Source of the DNA: Bacteroidales bacterium
GTDB lineage: Bacteria; Bacteroidota; Bacteroidia; Bacteroidales; WCHB1-69
DNA length: 64,000 nt
Assembly: GCA_045600905.1 (NCBI GenBank)
Contig: JAZRYT010000179.1
Span: 777-64,776, forward strand
Reading direction: 5' to 3'
Below, piece by piece: positions 1 through 7,566 of this stretch. Within the stretch, counting starts at the first letter, position 1. Every line of letters begins with the position of its first letter. The notes beneath the pieces were generated by a model that saw only the letters and a program-made list of their open reading frames with translations, was not told the DNA's origin and searched no databases. The translations under genes and the position numbers were made by a program.

Positions 1-1
1 A

Positions 2-97
2 CTCAAATGGGCCGCACGCACGTACCTCATCGCCGCGCTCTCCTCTCTGGCCACCCTACTCTACTACATATTCATATTCTTGGGGAGAAGGGAGTAG
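2..97 (+). CDS. 3' end of a CDS that begins upstream of the window (hydrophobic C-terminal segment)
   Basis: The frame is open from the window edge to TAG at 95-97. Hand translation gives ...LKWAARTYLIAALSSLATLLYYIFIFLGRRE*, which looks like a TM helix. No family call is possible. Confidence 0.3.
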   Translation, partial: LKWAARTYLIAALSSLATLLYYIFIFLGRRE

Positions 98-101
98 GAA
101 A

Positions 102-129
102 GGTTTAAGGTTTAAAGTTTAAAGTAATT
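102..129 (+). repeat. Heptamer array GGTTTAA GGTTTAA AGTTTAA AGTAATT
   Basis: Read directly. It begins 5 nt after the TAG at 95-97. Confidence 0.9.
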
Positions 130-180
130 CCTCTTATCATCTACCCATCTTTCTTAGTTTCTCATTTCACACTATTCATT

Positions 181-1326
181 ATGAAAAACATTTTCATCTC
201 ATTATTGTTAGTTGGCGTTTGCGTATTGGGTTTCGCGCAGGCAAACGTCTATAGACTGCCGTTAGACAGCGGCAAGACCGTCAAGGGAAGCACTTTCAGC
301 TATATGCTGCCTTCCACTTCTCTGAAAGTCACAGTGAAAGTCACCAAGGTTCGTGAAATCAAAGGCTATTACGCCGACTACGCGGAGAGTCTTCTTGGAT
401 TGAAGAATGTCATTTCCGAGAACCGCACATATTACAAAATCAAAGACGTCAGCATCGAGCCTATTGCCTGTCCGGACGCTAGGGAATGCTATTTGGTCAA
501 GCTTTCCGGCAAACAGATCAAGGACAACTATCTAACATCCTTAACCGCGCAACCTTTTGATGCGAATCATACAAACGAGGTCCGCTGCTACACCACCTCC
601 ACAACGCCAATTCCCAATTTCTTCAAGAACTACTCCGACCCGACCTATACGGAGATGGAGGATTCGTTTGTAGAGACCAAAATCATCGACGGTGTTGTCA
701 CGCAAGTGCCTTCCAACCGCACGAAGCTGGTTTCCAAATCCAACAACCAGAAGGCACAGGAAGCTGCCGATGCCATTGGCCGAAGTCGCAAAGACCAATA
801 CAACCTTGTGGCCGGCGAGCAGGAAACCGCCTATTCCGCAGAAGCCTTGAACAAAATGCTGGCCGAGCTCAAACAATGGGAGGAAAACTATCTCAACCTC
901 TTCACAGGACTCGTTCTGGAAGATGAAATCTCCTACGTTTTCTACGTTGACGAAAATTCACCATTTGGCGACGATTTCGAATACAACCTCCCCATCTTCT
1001 CTTTTGACACAAAGACCGGTTTGAAAATCAATGAGGATTATAGTTATAGCGACAAGTCCAACGACTCCTACATCCTCAACTTCGACCCCGTCTATAAAAC
1101 CAGTGAAATTGACACAGCCTTAGCCAGCGCACATCAAGGACAAAAGGGTGCCAAATGTAATGGATATTTCTACCGCAGACCTATGCCTGTGAAAATCAAG
1201 ATGCTGTACAACGAAAACGATGTCTATGATTTCGGCATCATCAACATGTACCAATTCGGCAGAATCCAATCCTTGTCTCCGAACCAAGACAAGTTGAAAA
1301 TCAGTGATTTCGGATTTGTCTATTAG
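181..1326 (+). CDS. Hypothetical secreted protein (possibly DUF4831-like)
   Basis: 381-aa ORF with an ATG start and signal peptide MKNIFISLLLVGVCVLGFAQA. The DUF4831 resemblance is from memory only. Confidence 0.6.
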   Translation: MKNIFISLLLVGVCVLGFAQANVYRLPLDSGKTVKGSTFSYMLPSTSLKVTVKVTKVREIKGYYADYAESLLGLKNVISENRTYYKIKDVSIEPIACPDARECYLVKLSGKQIKDNYLTSLTAQPFDANHTNEVRCYTTSTTPIPNFFKNYSDPTYTEMEDSFVETKIIDGVVTQVPSNRTKLVSKSNNQKAQEAADAIGRSRKDQYNLVAGEQETAYSAEALNKMLAELKQWEENYLNLFTGLVLEDEISYVFYVDENSPFGDDFEYNLPIFSFDTKTGLKINEDYSYSDKSNDSYILNFDPVYKTSEIDTALASAHQGQKGAKCNGYFYRRPMPVKIKMLYNENDVYDFGIINMYQFGRIQSLSPNQDKLKISDFGFVY

Positions 1327-1421
1327 TGATTTGCGAACAGTGAGCTACAAACTGGAATTTGAAATGTTGAACTCATTGTTCTTTGGGTATTTGCATTTTA
1401 GTTTTAAAGAAGAATTTTGAT

Positions 1422-1925
1422 ATGAAAAGATATTTGGTTTTCTGTTTGCTTTTGTCCACAACGGTTCTCTTTTCCGGTTGTTCCAACCGCGAAGTCAACA
1501 AGCTCAAACGTCAGATGAAGACTTTAGCCAAAGAGTATTTGAAGGACAACGACATCTCCCAATACGACTCCCTCAACATCGAATGTGTAGATACGCTGAC
1601 AGAGCTCGGCTATGCAAAACTCACCTCAGAGTTGCTTGCCAATATGGAAGAGGCCTATGAGATGCAAATGGCTCAACCGGCCGATGACGCGACCATCAAC
1701 GAGCTTAACGCCAATCTAAATGAAATTTCCAGCGTGGAAAGCGAATTTGAAGAACTGATTGACAACGCCGAATTAAAGACATCCGGTATCCTTCTATTTA
1801 TGGTCACCGGCACTTTCGTTGACAAAAACAAAGACAAGCAGGAATTTATGTTCCTCGTCAATCCGGACAAAAAGACGCTACACGTTTTGGACCCATTTGG
1901 CAACAACCTGCTACCCCATGAATAA
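1422..1925 (+). CDS. Hypothetical lipoprotein
   Basis: The internal ATG at 1422 gives MKRYLVFCLLLSTTVLFSGC, a signal peptide plus lipobox Cys. The track ORF from 1383 uses a non-ATG start. Confidence 0.6.
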   Translation: MKRYLVFCLLLSTTVLFSGCSNREVNKLKRQMKTLAKEYLKDNDISQYDSLNIECVDTLTELGYAKLTSELLANMEEAYEMQMAQPADDATINELNANLNEISSVESEFEELIDNAELKTSGILLFMVTGTFVDKNKDKQEFMFLVNPDKKTLHVLDPFGNNLLPHE

Positions 1926-1990
1926 TGGAGGATTAAGGAATAAGGAACATACAATGTTACACAAGAGGTTTCTTTAAACCTTAAAACTGT

Positions 1991-2068
1991 TTTGGAGACG
2001 GTGCTTAAATGTTTTGGAGACGGTGCAGTGCACCGTCTCTACGATGAAAATACAAATATATTGGAAAA
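1991..2068 (+). repeat. REP-like palindromic element (one partial plus one full copy)
   Basis: A partial copy TTTGGAGACGGTGC (1991-2004) precedes the full copy. The full-copy hairpin is GAGACGGTGC-AGT-GCACCGTCTC (2017-2039), followed by TACG...TATTGGAAAAC. Confidence 0.85.
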
Positions 2069-2084
2069 CTTTAAACCTTAAACC
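2069..2084 (+). repeat. Heptamer units CTTTAAA CCTTAAA CC (reverse complement of the 102-129 type)
   Basis: Read directly. It lies between the REP-like element and the ATG at 2093. Confidence 0.8.
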
Positions 2085-2092
2085 AATACTCA

Positions 2093-3046
2093 ATGCTTTT
2101 CCCGTGGGGCGACGCGCGCCGTTTTCATTCTTACAACATCTTCTTAAAACAGCAATTCGGCGGTCGGATGCAGAAGCTGACCCTGGATGCCGGTTTCACC
2201 TGTCCCAACCGTGACGGGAAATGCGGGACAGGTGGGTGTTCCTATTGTCTCAACGATGCCTTCAATCCCAGTTACTGCCATCCAGCCAAGAGCATCACCG
2301 AGCAGCTGACCGAGGGTATGGCCTTTCATCAGCACAGGAGCAGGAATCTGCGGGGACACCTCGCCTACTTTCAGGCATTTTCCAACACTTACGCGCCTTT
2401 AGAGAAATTGCAGACGCTGTACGAAGAGGCGCTCCGCGTTCCCAGCATTCAAGGCCTCATCATTGCCACACGTCCAGACTGCATAGACGAGCCGCTGTTG
2501 GACTACCTACAGGAACTTTCCGAGCAGACATACGTTGCGTTGGAAATCGGCATAGAAAGCTGTCACGACATGACATTACAGCGCATCAACCGAGGCCACG
2601 ACCTCGCGTGCGCGATACAAGCCATTGAGCAGGCAGACGCCCATCAGATTCCCGTCGGCACGCACCTCATCTTTGGTTTGCCCGGCGAACAGCCCGAGCA
2701 GTGGCTGGAAGATATCGCCCTTATCAACAGCCTTCCCATCCACAGTCTTAAATTCCACCAATTGCAGATAATCAAGGGCACCCGTATGGAAGCGGAGTAC
2801 AAGGAAAATCCGAACGATTTTCCTCCGTTACCTTTCGATTTTTATACTGATTTTCTAGTGCAATACCTTGAGCGTTTGCGCGCCGACATCGTCATTGAGC
2901 GATTTGCCAGCGAGGTTCCTGCCCGATATCTGGCGTTTTCCAACTGGGAACACCTACGCTACGATGTCCTCCTCCAAACTTTAGAACAGAAATTGGAAGC
3001 CACAGACACATGGCAAGGGAAATACGATAATGCTGAAATTCGATAA
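2093..3046 (+). CDS. TIGR01212-family radical SAM protein
   Basis: The N-terminus DAGFTCPNRDGKCGTGGCSYC and the overall length (317 aa) match the YhcC/TIGR01212 radical SAM pattern. Confidence 0.85.
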   Translation: MLFPWGDARRFHSYNIFLKQQFGGRMQKLTLDAGFTCPNRDGKCGTGGCSYCLNDAFNPSYCHPAKSITEQLTEGMAFHQHRSRNLRGHLAYFQAFSNTYAPLEKLQTLYEEALRVPSIQGLIIATRPDCIDEPLLDYLQELSEQTYVALEIGIESCHDMTLQRINRGHDLACAIQAIEQADAHQIPVGTHLIFGLPGEQPEQWLEDIALINSLPIHSLKFHQLQIIKGTRMEAEYKENPNDFPPLPFDFYTDFLVQYLERLRADIVIERFASEVPARYLAFSNWEHLRYDVLLQTLEQKLEATDTWQGKYDNAEIR

Positions 3047-3080
3047 CAGCTGTGCTGTACAAATATTTATTCCCTACCCT

Positions 3081-5048
3081 TTAATTCATAATTTTCAGTT
3101 CACCCTTTTTCAGCTGTCCGTAATAGGTTTGCAGAACGGCTTTCAGGTGATTTTCCGCATTCTTTTGTTGTTTGTCAGAAACGTTCAAGATATTCTTCTT
3201 TTGAAAAACATCCTGGACCGGATAGGCGAACAGGGATTTCTGGCCATCGAAATAGAGACTGAGGGAATCCGTGATGCACTGATATGTTTGTTCCACGCAA
3301 TTGGCCACCATCGGATATCGGTCGGCTTCATTGAAGACATCGCGTCCGAAGGCGAAATACGGTTTCTGATAACCAAAGAGTCCCAAAGTGGTCGGCATAA
3401 TGTCCAGTTGCTGCGTGACTTGCTCGTAACGTCCTTGCAGAGAATGGTCGGGAGTAAACATAAAGTAGATGATGGAGGAACGCCCGCGAGGGGTACGGGT
3501 TTCATCAGCGGCGATTTGCGGTGAGACGTGGTCGGCCACAAAAATAAAGAGAGTATTCTGATACCACGACATCTTGGACACCGTTTCAAAGAACTTGCGC
3601 AGAGACAAATCCGTGTAGGCCACGCAGGGTTGCTGCGGCGTTCGTCCCTTCGGCATTTTGCCCGAATATTCGGCTGGCAAATCATACGGATGATGTGATG
3701 TCAGTGTGAAGACAGAGACATAGAACGGGGTGTCTATCTCATCCATTTTCTGAGCCATAAACTGCAGAAAAGGCATATCCCAGATGCCCCAGATATTGGC
3801 CATATTTTGTTCTTTATTGATTTTCTCAAAATCGTCCCGATTGTAAAAATGCTCCACGCCGGCCTGCTTGCAGAAAGCCTCGAAACCCATCTGGTTGGTA
3901 CGCGCGCCACAGAAAAAGTAGGTCGAATAGCCATTCTGCTTAAAGATGCTGGGCAGACCTTCAATTTCGTTCATCGAGCCATCCATCAAAGGGAAGGGTG
4001 TACGATAAGACGGAATGGATGCCATAATGGACGGCAAAGCCTCTATCGACTTCATCCCGTTGGCATAGGCGTGCGTGAAGACCATACCTTCACGCATCAA
4101 AGAATCCAAGAACGGGGTGAAGCCTCCATTCGGATTCAACTCCGGAGCCAAATATTGAGAATGTTCGCGGCTGAAACTCTCCAGCACAAACAGCACAACG
4201 TTCTTTTTCCCTGTAAAGACATCCTTATAAGTCGAATCGGGATAATGGAACGGAGAGAACAGCGATTCCAATTCGTCCTCTTCAAAATATCGGACATAGT
4301 CGTCATTATGCACGCCCATCAGACGGAAAAGGCAGAAGGGGTTGCTCAAAACCATAGGAGCCTGCGTTGTTGAACTCACAAAGTACGCAGCGGTACTCAA
4401 GGTTATGGGACGGGCTTTCCAATCGAAAGAGCTGCGTGCTCCGAAAATCCAAAAGACGAGCGAAACACCTAATACCAATGTCGTTATCGGATAATACAAC
4501 CACGATTTCGTCCACTCTGTAGGATGATATTTTACAGCCTTATATAAAAAATAGAGCATCACGACCAAGGCTATGGCAAAAATCACGAGGTACCAGTTAT
4601 CCCCCATTTCCTTGAAGATAATAGAGGATGTGTTGTCATTTTCTTCAAAGAAGTGCATTTCCTCCATCGTAATACGTTTGAAAGCATAACGATAGTAGAA
4701 AATGTCGGCGACATTCAAGACTATCAGGCCGAGAGTGTTCGCGACAAGATAAATCCATTTCAACATCTTCTGGTACCAATCGCGCGCGCGAAAACGAAAT
4801 GGGAGCAGAGACAAGGCTATGAACGGCGCATTCAAATAGAGTATGGAAACCGTATCAAAGCGAAGTGCGCCGACAAACATCAGCGGCAGCGAATGCACGT
4901 CCAACGCGCCCAACAACGACTTATTATGCCAAAAGAAGACGATTTGCGTCAGTAGAAGCACCAAATACAAAGGCAGCAGCCTGAGAATCAGCACGGTAAA
5001 ATCGTTCTTAATAAATTTTCTTATCTTTTCCACAACAACCAAAAACAT
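3081..5048 (-). CDS. LTA synthase family protein (sulfatase / alkaline-phosphatase superfamily, N-terminal multi-TM)
   Basis: Hydrophobic N-terminal third followed by a sulfatase-like domain (VLESFS..., TSHHPY). The track start at 5060 is TTG; the first ATG is at 5048. Confidence 0.8.
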   Translation of the reverse strand: MFLVVVEKIRKFIKNDFTVLILRLLPLYLVLLLTQIVFFWHNKSLLGALDVHSLPLMFVGALRFDTVSILYLNAPFIALSLLPFRFRARDWYQKMLKWIYLVANTLGLIVLNVADIFYYRYAFKRITMEEMHFFEENDNTSSIIFKEMGDNWYLVIFAIALVVMLYFLYKAVKYHPTEWTKSWLYYPITTLVLGVSLVFWIFGARSSFDWKARPITLSTAAYFVSSTTQAPMVLSNPFCLFRLMGVHNDDYVRYFEEDELESLFSPFHYPDSTYKDVFTGKKNVVLFVLESFSREHSQYLAPELNPNGGFTPFLDSLMREGMVFTHAYANGMKSIEALPSIMASIPSYRTPFPLMDGSMNEIEGLPSIFKQNGYSTYFFCGARTNQMGFEAFCKQAGVEHFYNRDDFEKINKEQNMANIWGIWDMPFLQFMAQKMDEIDTPFYVSVFTLTSHHPYDLPAEYSGKMPKGRTPQQPCVAYTDLSLRKFFETVSKMSWYQNTLFIFVADHVSPQIAADETRTPRGRSSIIYFMFTPDHSLQGRYEQVTQQLDIMPTTLGLFGYQKPYFAFGRDVFNEADRYPMVANCVEQTYQCITDSLSLYFDGQKSLFAYPVQDVFQKKNILNVSDKQQKNAENHLKAVLQTYYGQLKKGELKIMN

Positions 5049-5086
5049 ATTTTTTTTCAATGATTTCCCATTCTCCTATCACGTCA

Positions 5087-5232
5087 TCACCACCACATCA
5101 CCCCCAGATTGCATCTGGGGGCTAACGATGGAACCCTTCCAGAGTTCAACACCATAATTACCCACACTCATTCATTATTCATTATTCATTATTCATTGTT
5201 CATTGTTCATTATTCATTATCCATTGTTTCAC
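5087..5232. repeat. Direct repeat copy 1 (about 146 bp): hairpin CCCCCAGA-TTGCA-TCTGGGGG (5101-5121) plus a TTCATTA/TTCATTG heptamer array (5171-5226, 8 units)
   Basis: Aligns by eye with 5507-5639 at about 85% identity outside the heptamer copy-number difference. Confidence 0.9.
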
Positions 5233-5496
5233 GTCCTCAATTCTAGCCTTGTAACGTGCGATTTGGCCTTCGATAAAATCCTCACTGAACTTGGCATCGC
5301 AAAATCCATTGCCGCGTGCAACGTAGGATGGATCGTCCAAATCATCCTCCACATCATAATAATTTTGAAGATATTGTTGGTTCATTTGCAGCAATTCCTG
5401 CAAACCTCCTTTAGGCAATTCCACCATTTCGCCATCACTATATCGATACATCATTGTTGAATTTATATTATTACAAATTACCACATTATTCATCAT
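5200..5496 (-). CDS. Small acidic hypothetical protein (84-98 aa)
   Basis: ATG at 5496; an alternative start at MMYRY is at 5454. No recognisable family. The 3' end lies inside a heptamer array and the gene is bracketed by a roughly 140-bp direct repeat. Confidence 0.45.
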   Translation of the reverse strand: MMNNVVICNNINSTMMYRYSDGEMVELPKGGLQELLQMNQQYLQNYYDVEDDLDDPSYVARGNGFCDAKFSEDFIEGQIARYKARIEDVKQWIMNNEQ

Positions 5497-5506
5497 TCAT
5501 TGTTTT

Positions 5507-5639
5507 TCACCAACACATTCCACCCAGATTGCATTTGGGGCTAACGATGGAACTCTTCCAGGGTTCAACGCCATAATTCCCCCCACACATTCATTATTCA
5601 TTATTCATTGTTCATTATTCATTATCCATTATTTTTCAC
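5507..5639. repeat. Direct repeat copy 2 (about 133 bp): hairpin CCCAGA-TTGCA-TTTGGG (5523-5539) plus a heptamer array (5590-5631, 6 units)
   Basis: Second copy of the 5087-5232 element. It overlaps the 3' end of the lipid kinase gene. Confidence 0.9.
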
Positions 5640-6512
5640 CATCACATTCAAGTTATGCGGGAGGATTTTGATTTCAAAATTTTTAGGGAATATTATTGGT
5701 TCGCCATCAATGTTGACGACCGCCTCTGTCGGTCGTTTCACCACAATCTTTTCCGCTTTGAAATCCGTAAAATATTTGGAATGGTTCAGTTTTTCCAACA
5801 TCATTTGGGAAGCCACTAACGGAGCAATCCCGAGCGGCGGACGATTCAGGACACAGGTATCCAACAATCCGTCACACAAATCCGAATGGGGGGCTATTAC
5901 CGCGTTGTACCCAAACTGGTTGGAGTTCGCGAATGATATCAGCAGCGGGCTGCACTCGACGGTCATAGCGTCATCGAACGTCAGCACATATTTCTGCGGC
6001 TCGAAATGGATGTAGTTTTCCAAAGCGTATTTCGCATAGGAGAGAAAACCCCTGCGCGAATCGTTGGAGAAATCGAAAGCCGTTTGCGCATCCAGACCAA
6101 TGCCTGCAATACTTACAAAGGGCACGTCATTAACGGCCGCTGTATCCATTGCAATCACACGGTGGTCATTCAACACCTTGAGCGCGTCTTTCGGTCTTAA
6201 GGGCAAATGCAGGCAACGCGCCAAGCCATTGCCCGAACCGTATGGAATCAGCGCCATTGCCACTTCCGTGCCGATCAGACTCTGCGCAATCTCGTTAATC
6301 GTACCATCCCCACCTACGGCGGCCACCACATCGAATTTGTCAACAACTGCCTGCTGCGCCAACTCTTTAGCGTGCCCACCTCGTTCCGTATAGACAATCT
6401 CGCATTCATATCGAGATTTATCGATGACATCTCTCACCAACGTGGGGAAATTCTCTTTTTTATGATGTCCTGAGATAGGATTTACAATAAATAAAATGCG
6501 CTTGAGAGCCAT
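5622..6512 (-). CDS. Diacylglycerol kinase family lipid kinase (YegS/BmrU-like)
   Basis: N-terminus ILFIVNPISG and the GGDGT motif (AAVGGDGTINE); 296 aa. Confidence 0.85.
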   Translation of the reverse strand: MALKRILFIVNPISGHHKKENFPTLVRDVIDKSRYECEIVYTERGGHAKELAQQAVVDKFDVVAAVGGDGTINEIAQSLIGTEVAMALIPYGSGNGLARCLHLPLRPKDALKVLNDHRVIAMDTAAVNDVPFVSIAGIGLDAQTAFDFSNDSRRGFLSYAKYALENYIHFEPQKYVLTFDDAMTVECSPLLISFANSNQFGYNAVIAPHSDLCDGLLDTCVLNRPPLGIAPLVASQMMLEKLNHSKYFTDFKAEKIVVKRPTEAVVNIDGEPIIFPKNFEIKILPHNLNVMVKNNG

Positions 6513-6522
6513 TCAATACTAT

Positions 6523-6554
6523 TATTAAATCATTAAATTATTAAATTATTAAGA
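6523..6554. repeat. Octamer array TATTAAAT CATTAAAT TATTAAAT TATTAAGA
   Basis: Read directly, immediately upstream of the lipid kinase start (minus strand). Confidence 0.85.
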
Positions 6555-6667
6555 AATTATACCAACTCTTGAAACCTGTTTCGACGCGGCAAGCGAATGC
6601 AAAGGCACACTTGTTTGGCTTTGCTGAGCTGCCAGAAGAATATGAACGCAGTGAATAAACTTGTAAC

Positions 6668-7105
6668 CTAGTCATCCATACGGAGGAACTGACCGGCGGC
6701 ATCAAAGGTCAGTTCAAGGCCGTTGCTCAATTCGATATCCCAATTTTTCCTGTTCTTATCCACTTGGCAGATATAGGAATCATAAAAATTGGATGTTATA
6801 TACTGGGGAATGTCTTTAGGCAAAAGATCGATAACGCTCTGCGGAACAGGTTGGTGGTTGCAATCGACATTATTCCAATCACCCTTTCTATCAAACTCCA
6901 CCTCGTAGCCGTTGGAGAATTTCACTTCAAAGCCGTCATCATCCTGTTTGATATATGAGATCTGCAAATCTGCGAAATGCTTTTTCACAAAGGATTGTGC
7001 CACGCTCGGCAGTTTTTCGAACTTGATGAAACTGTCATTGGATTCGCAAGCGGTAACGATGATAGCCGTAATAATCAAGGCCAAGGAGACTAAAACTTTT
7101 TTCAT
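6668..7105 (-). CDS. PepSY-like (DUF2874-type) lipoprotein
   Basis: The ATG at 7105 gives MKKVLVSLALIITAIIVTAC (lipobox). It has the duplicated PepSY-like pattern (...GFEVKFSNGYEVEFDRKG... / ...WDIELSNGLELTFDAAG...). A TATTTTTG box lies 31 nt upstream. Confidence 0.7.
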   Translation of the reverse strand: MKKVLVSLALIITAIIVTACESNDSFIKFEKLPSVAQSFVKKHFADLQISYIKQDDDGFEVKFSNGYEVEFDRKGDWNNVDCNHQPVPQSVIDLLPKDIPQYITSNFYDSYICQVDKNRKNWDIELSNGLELTFDAAGQFLRMDD

Positions 7106-7135
7106 AATGAATACTAAGTTAAAATTCAAGGGCGG

Positions 7136-7143
7136 CAAAAATA
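7136..7143 (-). promoter_or_regulatory. -7 box TATTTTTG (Bacteroidota sigma-A consensus TAnnTTTG)
   Basis: Perfect consensus match 31 nt upstream of the ATG at 7105. Confidence 0.5.
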
Positions 7144-7234
7144 CACAATTTACAATGAACAATGTACAATAAATTTTTTCGAGCCGTGCGCTCATCACCC
7201 ATCCCAAATTACTCTAATTAAGACGAATTATTTT

Positions 7235-7304
7235 GTGAACAGTGAGTTGTGACCTGTGAAGAGTGAGCAGCGAGTGTTCATTGTCAATTGTCAATTGCTG
7301 AACC
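7235..7304 (+). repeat. Degenerate heptamer array, 10 units (GTGAACA GTGAGTT GTGACCT GTGAAGA GTGAGCA GCGAGTG TTCATTG TCAATTG TCAATTG CTGAACC)
   Basis: Read directly. TGA occurs at 7236, 7243, 7250, 7257 and 7264, covering all three frames. Confidence 0.9.
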
Positions 7305-7531
7305 GCTACGAAAAGTGGACGTTTGTTTGACGACGGACCTAGTTTAAGAGGTAGATATAACATCCTTGAACAATGTAAATTGCACCTTGAACAAAGTGAA
7401 TAACCCTAATACCTGTTTCGACGCAGCAAGCGAAAGCAAAGACACAACTTGTTTGGCTTTGCCGAGCTGCAAGGAGAGTCTGAACAAAGCTGGAAAAGTA
7501 CATAAACAAATCGGAACGGCAAAAAAAATCG

Positions 7532-7539
7532 TATTTTTG
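7532..7539 (+). promoter_or_regulatory. -7 box TATTTTTG upstream of parC
   Basis: Perfect consensus match 28 nt upstream of the ATG at 7567. Confidence 0.5.
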
Positions 7540-7566
7540 CAGCCTTTTGAAAAAAACCGAACCTAT

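Noticed and set aside
2014-2214. 66-aa ORF starting in the REP-like hairpin and overlapping the radical SAM gene start
   Set aside because: It begins inside a repeated palindrome, is out of frame with the well-supported TIGR01212 gene, and its sequence is not protein-like.
3185-4515. ORFs of 69-188 aa on both strands inside the LTA-synthase-family gene
   Set aside because: They are nested in or antisense to a continuous 650-aa frame with a coherent TM plus sulfatase architecture.
5087-5639. Direct repeats as ends of an insertion sequence or transposon
   Set aside because: There is no transposase or integrase. The repeats are direct rather than inverted, and the enclosed segment is only about 275 bp with one small ORF. 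It is treated as a segmental duplication or cassette instead.
7366-7566. N-terminal extensions proposed by the ORF track (parC from 7366; also 1383, 6668-7207, 26027, 31676, 32604, 33139, 33161, 39551, 49074, 51758, 5060)
   Set aside because: The extended starts are mostly GTG or TTG. They run through promoter boxes or repeat arrays and precede internal ATGs that give proper signal peptides, lipoboxes or conserved N-termini.
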